The notes beneath the pieces were generated by a model. That model was given only the letters and a program-made list of their open reading frames with translations. It had not been told where the DNA came from and searched no databases. A DNA stretch of 63,914 bases, the filler included, from Gonapodya sp. JEL0774 (Eukaryota), in assembly GCA_027604505.1 (NCBI GenBank). It is 53 parts of 53 records of this genome, joined end to end, with 100 filler letters (N's around TTAATTAATTAA, not from the genome) between each part and the next. Parts side by side here need not be neighbours in the genome. Positions count along the whole stretch, not along the records: positions 36,364 to 37,468 come from JADIIX010003875.1; positions 37,569 to 38,673 come from JADIIX010003876.1; positions 38,774 to 39,877 come from JADIIX010003877.1; positions 39,978 to 41,081 come from JADIIX010003878.1; positions 41,182 to 42,285 come from JADIIX010003879.1; positions 42,386 to 43,489 come from JADIIX010003880.1; positions 43,590 to 44,692 come from JADIIX010003881.1; positions 44,793 to 45,895 come from JADIIX010003882.1; 45 more parts are not named here. One strand, 5' to 3'. The first letter of the stretch is position 1, and each line of letters starts with the position of its first letter. Shown piece by piece: positions 36,364-48,401 of this stretch. Made by a program: the position numbers and the translations under genes.

Positions 36364-37468
36364 TCGTGCAGATACACTCCTTCACTCACAATATCGGAGC
36401 GGTGACTTGGTCCTGCAGAAGTCCCTCGCAGGACGTAGTCACTCTTATTCGCTGTATCAAAGTCCCAGAGTGTCTATACAGTTAAAGACGCCAGTAAATT
36501 ATAGCCAGTATGCCATTTGTATCCTCTTGTCCACTCACCACATCTTTTCCCGCACCACCAGTGGCCACTAGAACTCCACCTGGCTTATTTCCACACCAGC
36601 ATGACGCAAAAGTCCACAAGTCGGATGTCCGATCTTTGATACTTCGAGCATGGAAGTTTGGCAAGGAGGTTGAGGAAGAGGAGGACAGTGTGCCTCGGTA
36701 GGAAGATGCAAGATTGTAAACGAGAATCTGCGTTTTGGAGTTTTGCAGAAGCAAAATGGACTTCAAGATAAGACAGACCAAAAAAAAAGGAAGCTCACCA
36801 TTTCGCTTTTCGACTTCGAGGTCTTGCCTTGCTGCTGCGTACTCAATGCCGGGATGACACAAAGCACATCATCCGAGATCCAGCAACTTGTCTCGGGCCA
36901 CGTCAGGTCGAGCATAGCCGAGGGTACTGTCTTTGGATTTCAAAAGAGATGGAACGGGTTCCATAACAGAGTTCGCTCGATGTTTCGTTTGAGGAGGAAA
37001 ACTTACAAGTGCAGGACTCTTCTTCGACATGTCCCAAACCCTCACACATCCGTCCAATCCCGTTGCGATTAGCATGTCGTCCAAATCATTCGCACCATTT
37101 GAAAATAACAAGGATCGAGTTATCAGTTCCCTGGGCTTGCGGGTGGTATACTTTGAGCTGTACGAGGAGGACGACACCTTGAGCGAGGTACGAGAGGTGT
37201 TGGATGGTGCGGGATGGGAGGAGGGCAAGGAAGTTTGGACATTCTCAGTGTTCGACCTTGACTGCAGGTTGGAACTGGGGGCAGAGACTCGGCCCGTCGA
37301 CGACGAGCCTTCTCGGTTCAAGGATGTCCGGCGAGCGAGTTGGGGAGGTCTGGCGGTAGTATCAGTTGACGTTTCTGCCCAGCGGAGTGCGATCGACTGG
37401 GCTGGCACGATTGTCATGTTTAATGTTGGTGGAGGGGAAGCTTTTGTAGAACTGGTTCCATTGCCCAG
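36364..37468 (-). CDS. WD40-repeat protein (partial)
   Basis: MLIATGLDGCVRVWD, VLVATGGAGKD...TLWD after a Ser-rich region. Confidence 0.7.
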
Positions 37469-37568
37469 NNNNNNNNNNNNNNNNNNNNNNNNNNNNNNNN
37501 NNNNNNNNNNNNTTAATTAATTAANNNNNNNNNNNNNNNNNNNNNNNNNNNNNNNNNNNNNNNNNNNN

Positions 37569-38673
37569 GAAGTGCGGAAGATTGCCACTGCAGGCGACGA
37601 CAGAGAACGGCGAGGCTTGGATCATTATGTCAAGGGATTTGGAAAACTCTTTTTCTCTAAAAAGTTTGCGCTACATCGGATAGTTGGGTTGTTTTACCTC
37701 ATTCAGGTGGGTTTGGTGATGGCGCTGAGTTCGTTTGTGGGGTAATCGTGGAACGGCGAGCCAACCCAGGAGGGATGGGAAACGTGGTGACGCCCAGTGA
37801 CGTGCAAAATCTTCCCTCACTGCATGAGTGTTTTCATTCGGCCTCATCGGGGCGGTTTGGTGTCAAGCGATGCAAAATCAGCTCGTGTCTCTTCAAAACA
37901 CGTTCGGTAATGTTCATCCGACTCACAATCCCCAAACGCTCAGTATTTTACTTTAGTTACCTTCTACGTCATTGACTACGAAAATCTCTTCAAGGACAGC
38001 TGGCTTCTCACAACCATTCCCATCACTGTGAGTGCAACCTTCATCTTCAATTACTGGTTCCACTGCGGTGAATGATGTGGTCGTGACGAATTTCATACTC
38101 CTACCAGGCTATTGCTCAAACGGTCATTGCTACTCTCACGTTTCGGTTCCTTCCAAAAAAGAAAGATGGAGGATACATCAACGACGTGGGATCACTCTCA
38201 TATTATTGGATAGTTGAGAACGTGAGAAACCTCTGTGTCACTGTGCACTCAGTCTACCGATGTTTCTCACTTCTTTTTCTTCATAACTTATTTACGGCAT
38301 TCGGATTTTGGGGTCCAGTTGTTCTTTGTCCTCATTCTCGCCTTTCAATACTTCTACCTTCAAGACAAGTACTACTCACTAATTAAAACCTATCTCTGGC
38401 CTGTTGAGTACCTTTTCGTCTTCCTCACCTACTGGTGGCGCCCTCTCTTTCCCACGACAAGTATTTCCGACGGACTTGACAACCTAAGGAAGGAGAGGAG
38501 CACTTACAACTTCTACGTCGTTATGAATCACGTTACGAAGTCATTTTATTTGTTCGGAAAGGTGACTTGGCTGGGCTGGTCTCGTTCACTTATCTCTCTT
38601 ATGCGGGATACACTAACTGAATATCTCACATCGTTTAATCTCGGCTCCAAGCACATTATTGGTTTCTACCTCA
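37569..38673 (+). CDS. Multi-pass membrane protein of unknown function (partial, several exons)
   Basis: Spliced LHRIVGLFYLIQ, QTVIATLTFRFLPKKKDGGY...LSYYWIVEN, EYLFVFLTYWWRPLFPTTS, KSFYLFGKHIIGFYL. Confidence 0.6.
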
Positions 38674-38773
38674 NNNNNNNNNNNNNNNNNNNNNNNNNNN
38701 NNNNNNNNNNNNNNNNNTTAATTAATTAANNNNNNNNNNNNNNNNNNNNNNNNNNNNNNNNNNNNNNNNNNNN

Positions 38774-39877
38774 CACCTCTTTGTCTTTCTGAACTGGGAT
38801 CATACTCCCCCTGGCCACAGGTTCTTTAGAAGCTGAGGCCTCTGCCTTTTTTTTGCCTTTGTCCTTAGAAACTGATACAGCCACTGCTGGCTTGCCACTG
38901 GAGGAAGACTTCAGTTGGGATGGTAAGACAGGCTTCCAAGCTGGTTTCATAGTAACAAGCTTCTTTAAAGCTTCGGATTTGGCTTCCCTAACAGGTCTAG
39001 GAGTATTAATTGGTGGCTTTAAACTATTGTTGCCAGCTACTGGTGCTGAACTTGATCTGCCAATATCTACAGGTTGTGCTGGATTTGTCTCAGGAGACGC
39101 TCCACTATTTGCACCAGGAAGGCGTCCTCCTAATGGATCTGGTGCAGGTGCAAGTGCATGACTATGAGTATTGTCATTGTCATCAAAGTCATCGTCATCA
39201 TCACTATCAAGACCATCAAGGTGCTGATAACAAATAGGTCTTCCTGTTGTTGCTGACTCTTTAGGGACAATAGGTGTATCAATTGATGATGGCACAGAAC
39301 AGTCTGCAAAATAATGTTTGTTGATATAAGACTCCTCAGTAAATTGAACATCCCGACTGACACGGATGGTTCGTTTAGTTGGATCATAGAGTCTGTAGGT
39401 TCCATAATCTGATTCATACCCAACAAGAATACACTTGTCAGCTTTTGCATCAAATTTGTCACGACCATCTTCTTTATTTAATACGAAGACCTGAGAGCCA
39501 AGACTCCTGAGGTGTGATGTGTTCACAGGTTGCCCAGTCAAAACTTCCAATGGGATTCTCCCTCCTATTGCACTTGATGGCCTGTGATTGATGGTATGTA
39601 CCACAGCTCTACTGATTTCAGACCACAAGAACTTGGGTAATTTGTTCATCACCATGATAACTCTGGCTGGTTCAATGACTGTGCGATTACCCCTCTCAGC
39701 AGTACTGTTATGTTCAGGGGTGTGAGGTGGACTTTCTTCATCCCTAATCCCATGGGATTTCATCCACTGTTGCATCTGGGTATTGAGCAGTATTTCTTTT
39801 GCCCTATCACTTCTGAAAATCTTGACTTCAAAACCTGGGTACTGCTTCTCCATGGTAATCTTGTACTCTCTCAATTT
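38774..39877 (-). mobile_element. Ty1/copia pol fragment: integrase core and C-terminal linker
   Basis: IFRSDRAKE, PHTPEHNSTAERGNRT, LPKFLWSE, KFDAKADKCILVGY, YRLYDP, VSRDVQF. Confidence 0.95.
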
Positions 39878-39997
39878 NNNNNNNNNNNNNNNNNNNNNNN
39901 NNNNNNNNNNNNNNNNNNNNNTTAATTAATTAANNNNNNNNNNNNNNNNNNNNNNNNNNNNNNNNNNNNNNNNNNNNCTTGTGAATTCTGACTCGCA

Positions 39998-40439
39998 AAC
40001 GCATACTCAGCAAGCCTTTCTGACCTACCTCGTTCTGCTGCTGGGCGGAGTAATGGGTGCTCTGCCGTTCCACTCTGTCACCTCGGTACTCTCCAGCACC
40101 GGACCCCTCCCGTCTATGTCCACTGACCGAGATTTGTCCACCCGTGCCACTACCGCCCGTCTGTCGCTGCCTCTGCTGCTCCCACTGAAGTTGTTGCTGC
40201 CGTTGCATCTGGGAATACTGGCTCGCATACTGCTGCTGCTGCTGCTCGTACGTCGGGGCAGCCACATACCACTCAGGTCGTGGTTGGTCTCTACCACTAT
40301 CTCTTCCGCGAGTTCCCTCGTCGTACCCGCTCCTGGATCCTCCCCCGCCTTCGTCTCGTGCGGCTCCACCATTCCGCATACCCAGAATCCTCCCCACCGA
40401 GCGGGACCGCGCCCTCGCCGCCTCAACCCGCTGGCTCAT
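39998..40439 (-). CDS. Hypothetical Gln/Arg/Gly-rich protein exon
   Basis: Open frame with poly-Q and a downstream GTAGG donor. Confidence 0.4.
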
Positions 40440-41199
40440 CTTCGTCTAATCCACTTCTGTGAAAGCTACTTTCACTCAGATTTGGTCCCCCTGATTTGCC
40501 CAACTCGAGTGGCTCACAGGCCGTGGAATTGCAGTTTCTGATTCCCCGCCAATTCGAAAAGTTCTAGTTCTTTCTGCGATCAGCAATCCGTAAATGTTTT
40601 CCTGCGCCCGATTCGCGGATGGTTGGGCTGACCGATTATGGCAATGGTCGCGTGCGGTTCTGGAAACATGGCGCGGTCCGTGCACGTTCTACAACACCAA
40701 TGGCACTGTTCAGGACTTTACAGGGAAGCTCCAGAGCAAGAGCTTCTTATCACATCAAAAAAATCATTTCGCTTGGTTATTGTGTAACAACCTCTCGGGG
40801 TCAATAGCTATCCACACTTAGGGTGACGCTCTTTCAGCAAAGGAGTGAACGGCCAAATTATACCAGTAGGTAGGTACAATTATCAAATATGTTACTGTGC
40901 AGTAGGAAGACTTTTTGAACTGACCTGGTGCTTTTGGCGAGCTCTGCACGTGACTGCACTTGACCAAGCACACTCAGGCTACACCAACCCAGCAGCACCT
41001 CCACGCATCTCCACGTGTTAATAACTTGCTTCATCTACAACCATTGGTGTTCAATAAAGCCTCTTTCCATGACTTACGGTGNNNNNNNNNNNNNNNNNNN
41101 NNNNNNNNNNNNNNNNNNNNNNNNNTTAATTAATTAANNNNNNNNNNNNNNNNNNNNNNNNNNNNNNNNNNNNNNNNNNNNCCAAAGACGTAGTAGCTC

Positions 41200-42285
41200 A
41201 CATGTGGCAGTTGAAGCCCATATTCGTGCAACCTTCCCTACAGGTTCTCTCACCGGTTGTCTTGTCGGTATTGGCCATGAACTGCGTCGTTGACACTGTG
41301 CCATACGCAGGTAGGTCCACGCCCCGGTACAAATAGTAAGAGGAATCAAAGCGAAGACCAAAGTAAGTTGCGTTCGAGGAGCTGAAAGAGGGATGGTATA
41401 GGGTGCAAGACTAGAAAGTCGACGGAGGGTCACATGTGCTGTGCCAATGCGGCAAAAACCACCGTAAAGAGGACAGCAAACTCACCGCAGCCTCCTGTCT
41501 ATACGTGGCCCACCAACATTTACTTGAATTCCTGCACTGCATCCAACACGCATCTGTAGAGTTCGCTGTAGCAGCTGCCCTCAGAAGAAAATCGCTACTT
41601 GCGATCTCGTAATTAGGCCACTCCCAAAAATCTCCACTCGTCTGGGTGATGGCGGTGGCATTGCCGTTTCCTGTCCCCAGCACGGCGGACACTGAGATAT
41701 CGGTGGTGTTGGCGGAGTAGGTTCCTCCAGCGTTGATAGTGGTGAAGACACCCGAGATCCATTTCGAGACACCAGTGAGGCGGACAAGGACAAGGGGAGA
41801 GCCATCATCGCAAGGAGAAGGGCCAAACGAAGTGATGCCGTACAGGATGCCGTTAACAAGATGAGGGCCTCCAGAGTCACCTTGGCAGGTCGACGTTTGC
41901 ACACCCTGAGCGTTCTTGGCGCCCTTCAGACAAGCAAAATTTGAACGGTAGTTTTCAGAAAGGCCATAAGCCGATTCGCAGACGGAGACATCCACGACGG
42001 TGAGTGAAACGGATTGCAATTTTGTGGCGAGGGCGGCGTTGGAGCCTTGAGCCCCATGGACATTTGTGTAGCCCCATCCCAAAGCCGTAGAGTTGACACC
42101 CGAAGCAGGGAAAGAAGGGTCGGTGTTGTAGGTTGCTGCCACAATCTGGCTCGCTTTCGAAGACGACGAAGCGGTCAGAACCCACAAAGCCACATCGTGG
42201 CCAGTTTTGTCTACACCACTGCTCGCATTGTAGGCGGGATTTACGATGATGCTCGTGACCTGAAACGCTGCGCAGCTCGCTTCCG
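41200..42285 (-). CDS. S1 (trypsin-fold) serine protease with C-terminal PAN/apple-like modules (partial)
   Basis: HDVALW, LGWG, TCQGDSGGP, GITSFG; then DACWMQCRNSSKCWWATY/SCTL and YRGVDLP...TCREGCTNMGFNC. Confidence 0.88.
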
Positions 42286-42385
42286 NNNNNNNNNNNNNNN
42301 NNNNNNNNNNNNNNNNNNNNNNNNNNNNNTTAATTAATTAANNNNNNNNNNNNNNNNNNNNNNNNNNNNNNNNNNNNNNNNNNNN

Positions 42386-43149
42386 TGTGGTGCGGGTGCG
42401 GATGCGGGTGCGGGTGCAGAAGGTCCTGCCACTGGGTCTGTACTGTGTGCATGTGTTTCGGTGCCCAGCGGGGGAACCGAGGCAGTGGTGGTGGATGTGG
42501 AGGCCGACACACCCACACCCACACCCACACCCACACCGCTCCCACGCCGAAACAGTGCCCCGAGGAGTCGTGTGAGGTGGTTGGGTCGGGTCGCGGGGAC
42601 GGGGAGGTGTCCGAGACCCGACACCATCGGTGCAGGCGAGCCGGATGCGGACATGGAGGAAGTGGCGGGAGCGGGAGCGGGGGCGGACATGGTGACGGAA
42701 GCGAGCACCGAGAGGAGGGATAAGAGGGTGGTGGTTGCCGGGGTGCTGTTGGAGGGAGGCGCGGACGACACCCCAGCGCCGCTCAAAGACTCGGCCATGG
42801 ACCCGACTGGCTGGCTGTGTCCGTGCACGTGCACGGCGACGGGCGCGGGTGCGGTGGTGGACGAATGGGTGGATGAGAGACTGGAACTGGTACTGGACCC
42901 GCCATGATCGACACCGACACGGACGCCGTCGTGGACTGCACCACGGGGACCGAGGACACCGACGCCGCCCAGGGGGCCCGCGGCCGCGTGTACGATCTCG
43001 GCGAACGAGTTGATCGAGGACGAACTGAGAGAGGGGGAGGGGGGGCCAGGCGGGGACGGGTGTGTGCCCGTGGCCGTGCCCGGAGCACTCGTGGGGAGAC
43101 CCGGTATGGTGGTCGGAGCCGGGTGGGGAGGAAGAGGGGACGGGTCCAA
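42386..43149 (-). CDS. Hypothetical Ser/Pro/Ala-rich protein in a GC-rich fragment
   Basis: Long open frame, low complexity only. Confidence 0.3.
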
Positions 43150-44042
43150 GATGGGAAGGGAGAGGGCGGAGTGGTAGGTTGAGGGGGGGTCTGGGAACGG
43201 GAAGAGCGAGGGAACGGGTCAGTTGGGCAAGTGGAAACACAGAAAGGGACAAGGTGCAGTGACGGAAGTCGCGGCGGTTGACACGTTTGTCCTCGGTACA
43301 GCCACGAGGACGACTATGGAGTGCAAAGGCGTCCATTGCCTCTGGTGGACTCTGCCCGTCGCTGACGCTTGGGGCGGGACCTCGCTCACTCCGCTCGGAG
43401 CAGCACAAAAAGAACACCGTCCAGATGCAACTGGGACAAGGACAAGGACAACGTACCTTGGTGCCCATGCGTGGCGAGAGTACCCGATCNNNNNNNNNNN
43501 NNNNNNNNNNNNNNNNNNNNNNNNNNNNNNNNNTTAATTAATTAANNNNNNNNNNNNNNNNNNNNNNNNNNNNNNNNNNNNNNNNNNNNTAGTGCATGCG
43601 ATGCTGCTGCACGCCACCGCGCTGACCATCAGTATATTAGTGTATCCAGAAATTTAAGCATTAGTTGGTCTCTGCCAAGCGGTGGTTCGTCGTAATGTGG
43701 ACACGGGAAATTAACTGCTCTTAGTTTGAGACGTTTGGAAGAAGTGACTCGTTTGCCGTCTGACAGTGGATTTAATACCGCATACACTCGTGCTCTTTTG
43801 GAGATGCGAATTCTCTCGGCACTTTGACGGTCCATTGGGATTTGATCCGCCAACGTCCTCTGGCCATCTGTCTGTTGCCGTCATCCTAACCGATCAGCTT
43901 CAATATCGTGCCAATTTGGTCCAACAAAGGAGACTGTTTGTTGACCATTGTCGGACATTATTTATTGATTCAACAGACGATTAATACGATCATGTCATCG
44001 ACTTCATCATCAAACTTGATCCGCGGCACAAGTGAACCAAAA

Positions 44043-44650
44043 TCATACAAACTCAGTTACAACCTTACGACCTGTTACAAGGCCCTTTTCGAGTTGTTCG
44101 AAAACATTTGCTACCTCACTCAACTTGCAACCAGATGTGACAGGCTTCACTTTCCCGGCCGCTACCAAGTCGAGGACCGTTTTGGCATCCTACAATGACA
44201 TGAGAAAACCGGTAAGCGGTGTGCTTGACTTGGGAATACGAATGTCGCAGTGTAGCATACCTCTTTGGAACCCAGCAAGGACCCCATTATCTTTATCTCC
44301 TTCGTTAGTAGGATGATAGGCATGTACTTAATCTCAGCCATAGTGACCCCTGCAAATATTCGACCAGGGCAAGTCAGTAAGCCCATTATGCAGGGAGTAA
44401 AATGAATGAGGGCACTGACCGAGGAAAACAACGACACCACCACCTCGTACACAAGTGTAGGCACTCTCGAAAGCGCTTGCCGCAGTCGTTACAACAATCA
44501 AAGCGTGGACTCCCTTTCCCTCAGTCCCCTTTGCCACTGCCCCAGCCACACCTCCCTCGGCGGCAGGAGCTGTCAAAGCGTTAACAACGACGTCGGCGCC
44601 GACTTTCGTTGCTTCCGCCAGTTTTGTGTCATCCACATCGATAGCAAGAG
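44043..44650 (-). CDS. Zinc-type (MDR) alcohol dehydrogenase, C-terminal half
   Basis: AIDVDDTKL...GADVVVN, GVHALIV, VRGGGVVVFLG, IKIMGSLLGS, AAGKVKP, GLVTGRKVV. Confidence 0.9.
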
Positions 44651-45995
44651 CCTTTCACGGGGATGAATGTGGATTGGTCTCGATGTTTTCGGNNNNNNNN
44701 NNNNNNNNNNNNNNNNNNNNNNNNNNNNNNNNNNNNTTAATTAATTAANNNNNNNNNNNNNNNNNNNNNNNNNNNNNNNNNNNNNNNNNNNNATTGGGAA
44801 AATGGGTGTGATCATGGTCTCGAAAGACTCAAATGCCACACTGACCAGACAAGCTCGTACAGTTCTGGGGACGCGGGATTCATATCCAGGAAGTCAAGAA
44901 TCCTCTCAGCAATCTCGGGAATAGCGATGCACCGCTCAGCAACAGAGCGTGCTCCCATCAGCGCCCGTTCTTTCTTTCGAGAGGTTGTCGGCTTTGGGGT
45001 CCTGCTGCGGTCTTCGATTGCTTTGTACATCCCGCTCAGAACCTTGTCAAAGTCATACCAAACACTTATTCCTGCAAGAGGCTCCCTTGGGCTAATAACA
45101 GCAAGTCCGAGTGCCAAGCTTTGTCGAACCCGTTTAAAAACCGCGGAAGATCTCGGCGAAACTGGGCTCATTCCGATAAACCTGCGGAGCACGGAGCGAA
45201 GAAATGTGCAACACCGAACTCCGTCCCTTCAATTTCCAATTCCACTGTGTCTGCTGTTTGCGGACACATTGTTTGGAAATCGGGTAGAGGTAGAAATGTG
45301 TGTATGCGCACAGGAATTCCAATATCACCATCTGGAAGTTCACATGCGTGCCCTGGAGGAAGGATTTATGAAACACACGCCTTGTTTAACTGGACATTGT
45401 GTTAGCCTTCTATGGACTTGCTTGTTCTTTTTGAGTTCCATAAGGGCGACCCCGCAAAGGGAGCGGAGATCTCCTTTCGGACAAATGAATTGGGGCTGAG
45501 AGGATATGAACAAACCGGAGAATCAGCCAGTGCCGTGCATTGTTTCAGCATTCGGATCATTTTATTCCATTGATGACGGACACGATGTGGTTTTGGAAGT
45601 GGTCTCGAAAAGTGGAGAGTGCGGCAGGGAGTGTGCGGAATTGGCGCGGAGATCATCAGGTGTACGGAGTCGCGATCGACAGGTAACACAATGATTATCC
45701 GGAGGTGAAAGCAAGACCGCAACCGCTTTTTTATTCCCGGCTGTCATTCCCATCGATACTTATTCTTTCTTATTCTTCCCTTGAACCGCTTCAACGCGTC
45801 GTTGCTCTCGACGGACCCAACGATGGCACCGATGACGTCTTCTCTGCGACAGATTCTTTCTTCTGCTGCTGCCGCTCTGGCATTCGCCGTCTGCGNNNNN
45901 NNNNNNNNNNNNNNNNNNNNNNNNNNNNNNNNNNNNNNNTTAATTAATTAANNNNNNNNNNNNNNNNNNNNNNNNNNNNNNNNNNNNNNNNNNNN

Positions 45996-46616
45996 CTCAA
46001 ACCCACAGAGTTTGGACAGAGCAATCATGACTTTGCTGGTGAAGTTGCTACCACGATCCGTGTGCAGGCGCAAGAAAACACCATGACGGCAGATCCAATG
46101 GCAGAAGATGGCCTCTGCAATAGTCGGTGCTGATTGATCTGGTATGGGGACACCTTCAAGCCAACAATTGGCATGGTCGATCATGGTCAAAGCATAGACA
46201 TTCTTTCGGGCTGTCATGGGGAATGGCCCAATGATGTCTGATGAAACAACCTCTCCAGGCACACATTCATCAGTGGCAAATCCCTGTTGTTGGCCCTGGT
46301 TAGAAGGTTTGGACGGCTTGCGGCTCTGGCAAGTCACACAAGCTGCCACCCAGTGACAAACATCACGTGACATGCCTGCCCAAAAGAAACACTCGCGAAG
46401 AGATTCCCACATCTTCGGAGTGCCAGCATGCACAGCTAGAGAGTCCTCATGGTAAGCTCTCAGGAATTCCTCTTTACGGTTGTGACTTGTGAGGAACACA
46501 AATGAGGTCCACTTTGATCCAGGTGTTACCACAAAAAATCTCACTGTGCTGGACTAAGATGCCAGATGGGTTGATTGAATGCAGGGCAGCTTGTGCAAGG
46601 AGCCGTTTGGAAGCAC
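45996..46616 (-). mobile_element. Degenerate Ty3/gypsy integrase fragment
   Basis: H..SLAVHAG...FFW...CVTCQ, DIIGPFP, LHTDRGSNFTS; in-frame TAG near 46557; abuts a non-coding repeat. Confidence 0.92.
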
Positions 46617-47098
46617 CTACTAGGGGTGTGTGAATGTGAATCGATTAGGTGACCCCCCCAAACTGTCCCAGACTCTCCCAACACACTCCCCATATATAGT
46701 AAAATGCCTTTTATGAGTGGGGAAGTACAGTTACCCCTGTGAAAAGGGGGCTTTTTTGTCCCAAACTGGTGATAGGGTCCGAAAGTTTGAATTTGTAACG
46801 AGGCACTTTAAACACTTATAATTTCCAATTTTCTTGATCATACCATCACATAATATATTGATGTTGATGTTAGAGGTGTTAGGAGTGTTGATGTATCCTC
46901 ACCTTGTTGCTAATTGTGATGGGTGGTGGTGTTGATTGCAAGGTACTTTGAATTTGTAACTCCACACATTCTACATAATAACATCCCAATTTCCTCGTCA
47001 AAACCAACACACTATACACTAGGTTTGATATTTCATTGCATGGGATTGGGTTAGCATGATCCCATGGTGACCAACTGTGATGGGAACTTGTGTGGTTT
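46617..47098 (-). mobile_element. Dispersed non-coding repeat (copy 2) with internal degenerate tandem units of about 160 bp
   Basis: 46617-46838 matches 15796-16019 in reverse; TTTGAATTTGTAAC...CCAATTTTC...TGTGATGGG recurs from about 46787 and 46947. Confidence 0.75.
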
Positions 47099-47883
47099 NN
47101 NNNNNNNNNNNNNNNNNNNNNNNNNNNNNNNNNNNNNNNNNNTTAATTAATTAANNNNNNNNNNNNNNNNNNNNNNNNNNNNNNNNNNNNNNNNNNNNTC
47201 CGTATCGCCATTTTTCGTTTTTACTCCATAGTCCTGAACCCGGCTTGTTTCTGGGAGAGGGCAAAGATATGTGGGAAGTGAGTGGTGAAACGCACCAGAG
47301 ACGAAACAAGAAAAGCCTTGTCAGAGGGGGTAAGGGGAAACGAAAAAAGGTGAATCAATTGAAGCCGAGCTGTTGATGCGTATTTTTGTAACCGTTCTTT
47401 TAGATGCCAAGATGCTCTCTTCCTTCAATGATCCCTGATGCTTCCTTTGGGAGACATCTCCCAGGTTGCAAATATATGAACCCGGTGGACATGTCTAATA
47501 CATGGGTTCGAAAGCGTCGCCCCCCATATTAAAAAGGAAACTTTTGGATGAGATTGAGCTCTGACGTTTGTAGGAAAGGGGGTGGATATTTATTTATTAT
47601 CAGGAATCACGACGTCTCTTCGCATCAATAAACTATAACAGTATAAGCACGGCACCTCATCCCAAATCTCTTCAACACGATGAATGAATTGGGGTTTCTA
47701 TGTTTGGATTCTCTTTTGTGAGTTTCTGTTGCGTTCGCCACTCATTATATGTATGCATATCTGTGCCTCTGACGGGGTGAACTACAACCCCGCAAACACT
47801 GCATTCCGCTGAGCCCTTCAAGATGCCGGCGGGGATTTTCCCGATCCACCTTTCCACGCGTCTCCAAGCATCAGAATCCACCC

Positions 47884-48301
47884 ATGTTCCGCTCCCATCT
47901 TGTGGCCGTATTCGTGGTCGCGTGCTGGTCCACAATCGGCGCGCTCGGTCAAATCTCGACAAGCACCGTCACTACAAACCAGGGAAACGTGACAGGATCG
48001 CTATATCCAGGGGGGTGGAGGTGAGAGACTCCTCCTCACACGTTCTTCAGTGATTCATTGACGCAATCGGCTTTGTATTTATCAGAGAATTTCGCAACAT
48101 TCCCTACGCTGACCCACCCGTCGGCAAGCTTCGTTGGAAAGTGGGTTCTTGACCTTGCAACTCCCTAGCTTGCGTTAACCGTCTCGAATTTCATATTCAG
48201 CCACCGGTGTATCCTCCAGCGAAATACAACAATCTCAATGCCACATCAGATGTGGGATATGTATGCTGCTCCCAAGTTCCAGACCCAATATGCACTGGAG
48301 G
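47884..48301 (+). CDS. Secreted type-B carboxylesterase/lipase, N-terminus
   Basis: MFRSHLVAVFVVACWSTIGALG signal; VTTNQGNVTG, EFRNIPYADPPVGKLRWK/PP; not captured by the ORF track. Confidence 0.85.
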
Positions 48302-48401
48302 NNNNNNNNNNNNNNNNNNNNNNNNNNNNNNNNNNNNNNNNNNNNTTAATTAATTAANNNNNNNNNNNNNNNNNNNNNNNNNNNNNNNNNNNNNNNNNNN
48401 N

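Noticed and set aside
44812..44960. AERCIAIPEIAERILDFL as a third F-box start
   Set aside because: Short, frame closes soon after, and it lacks the motif shared by the two paralogues
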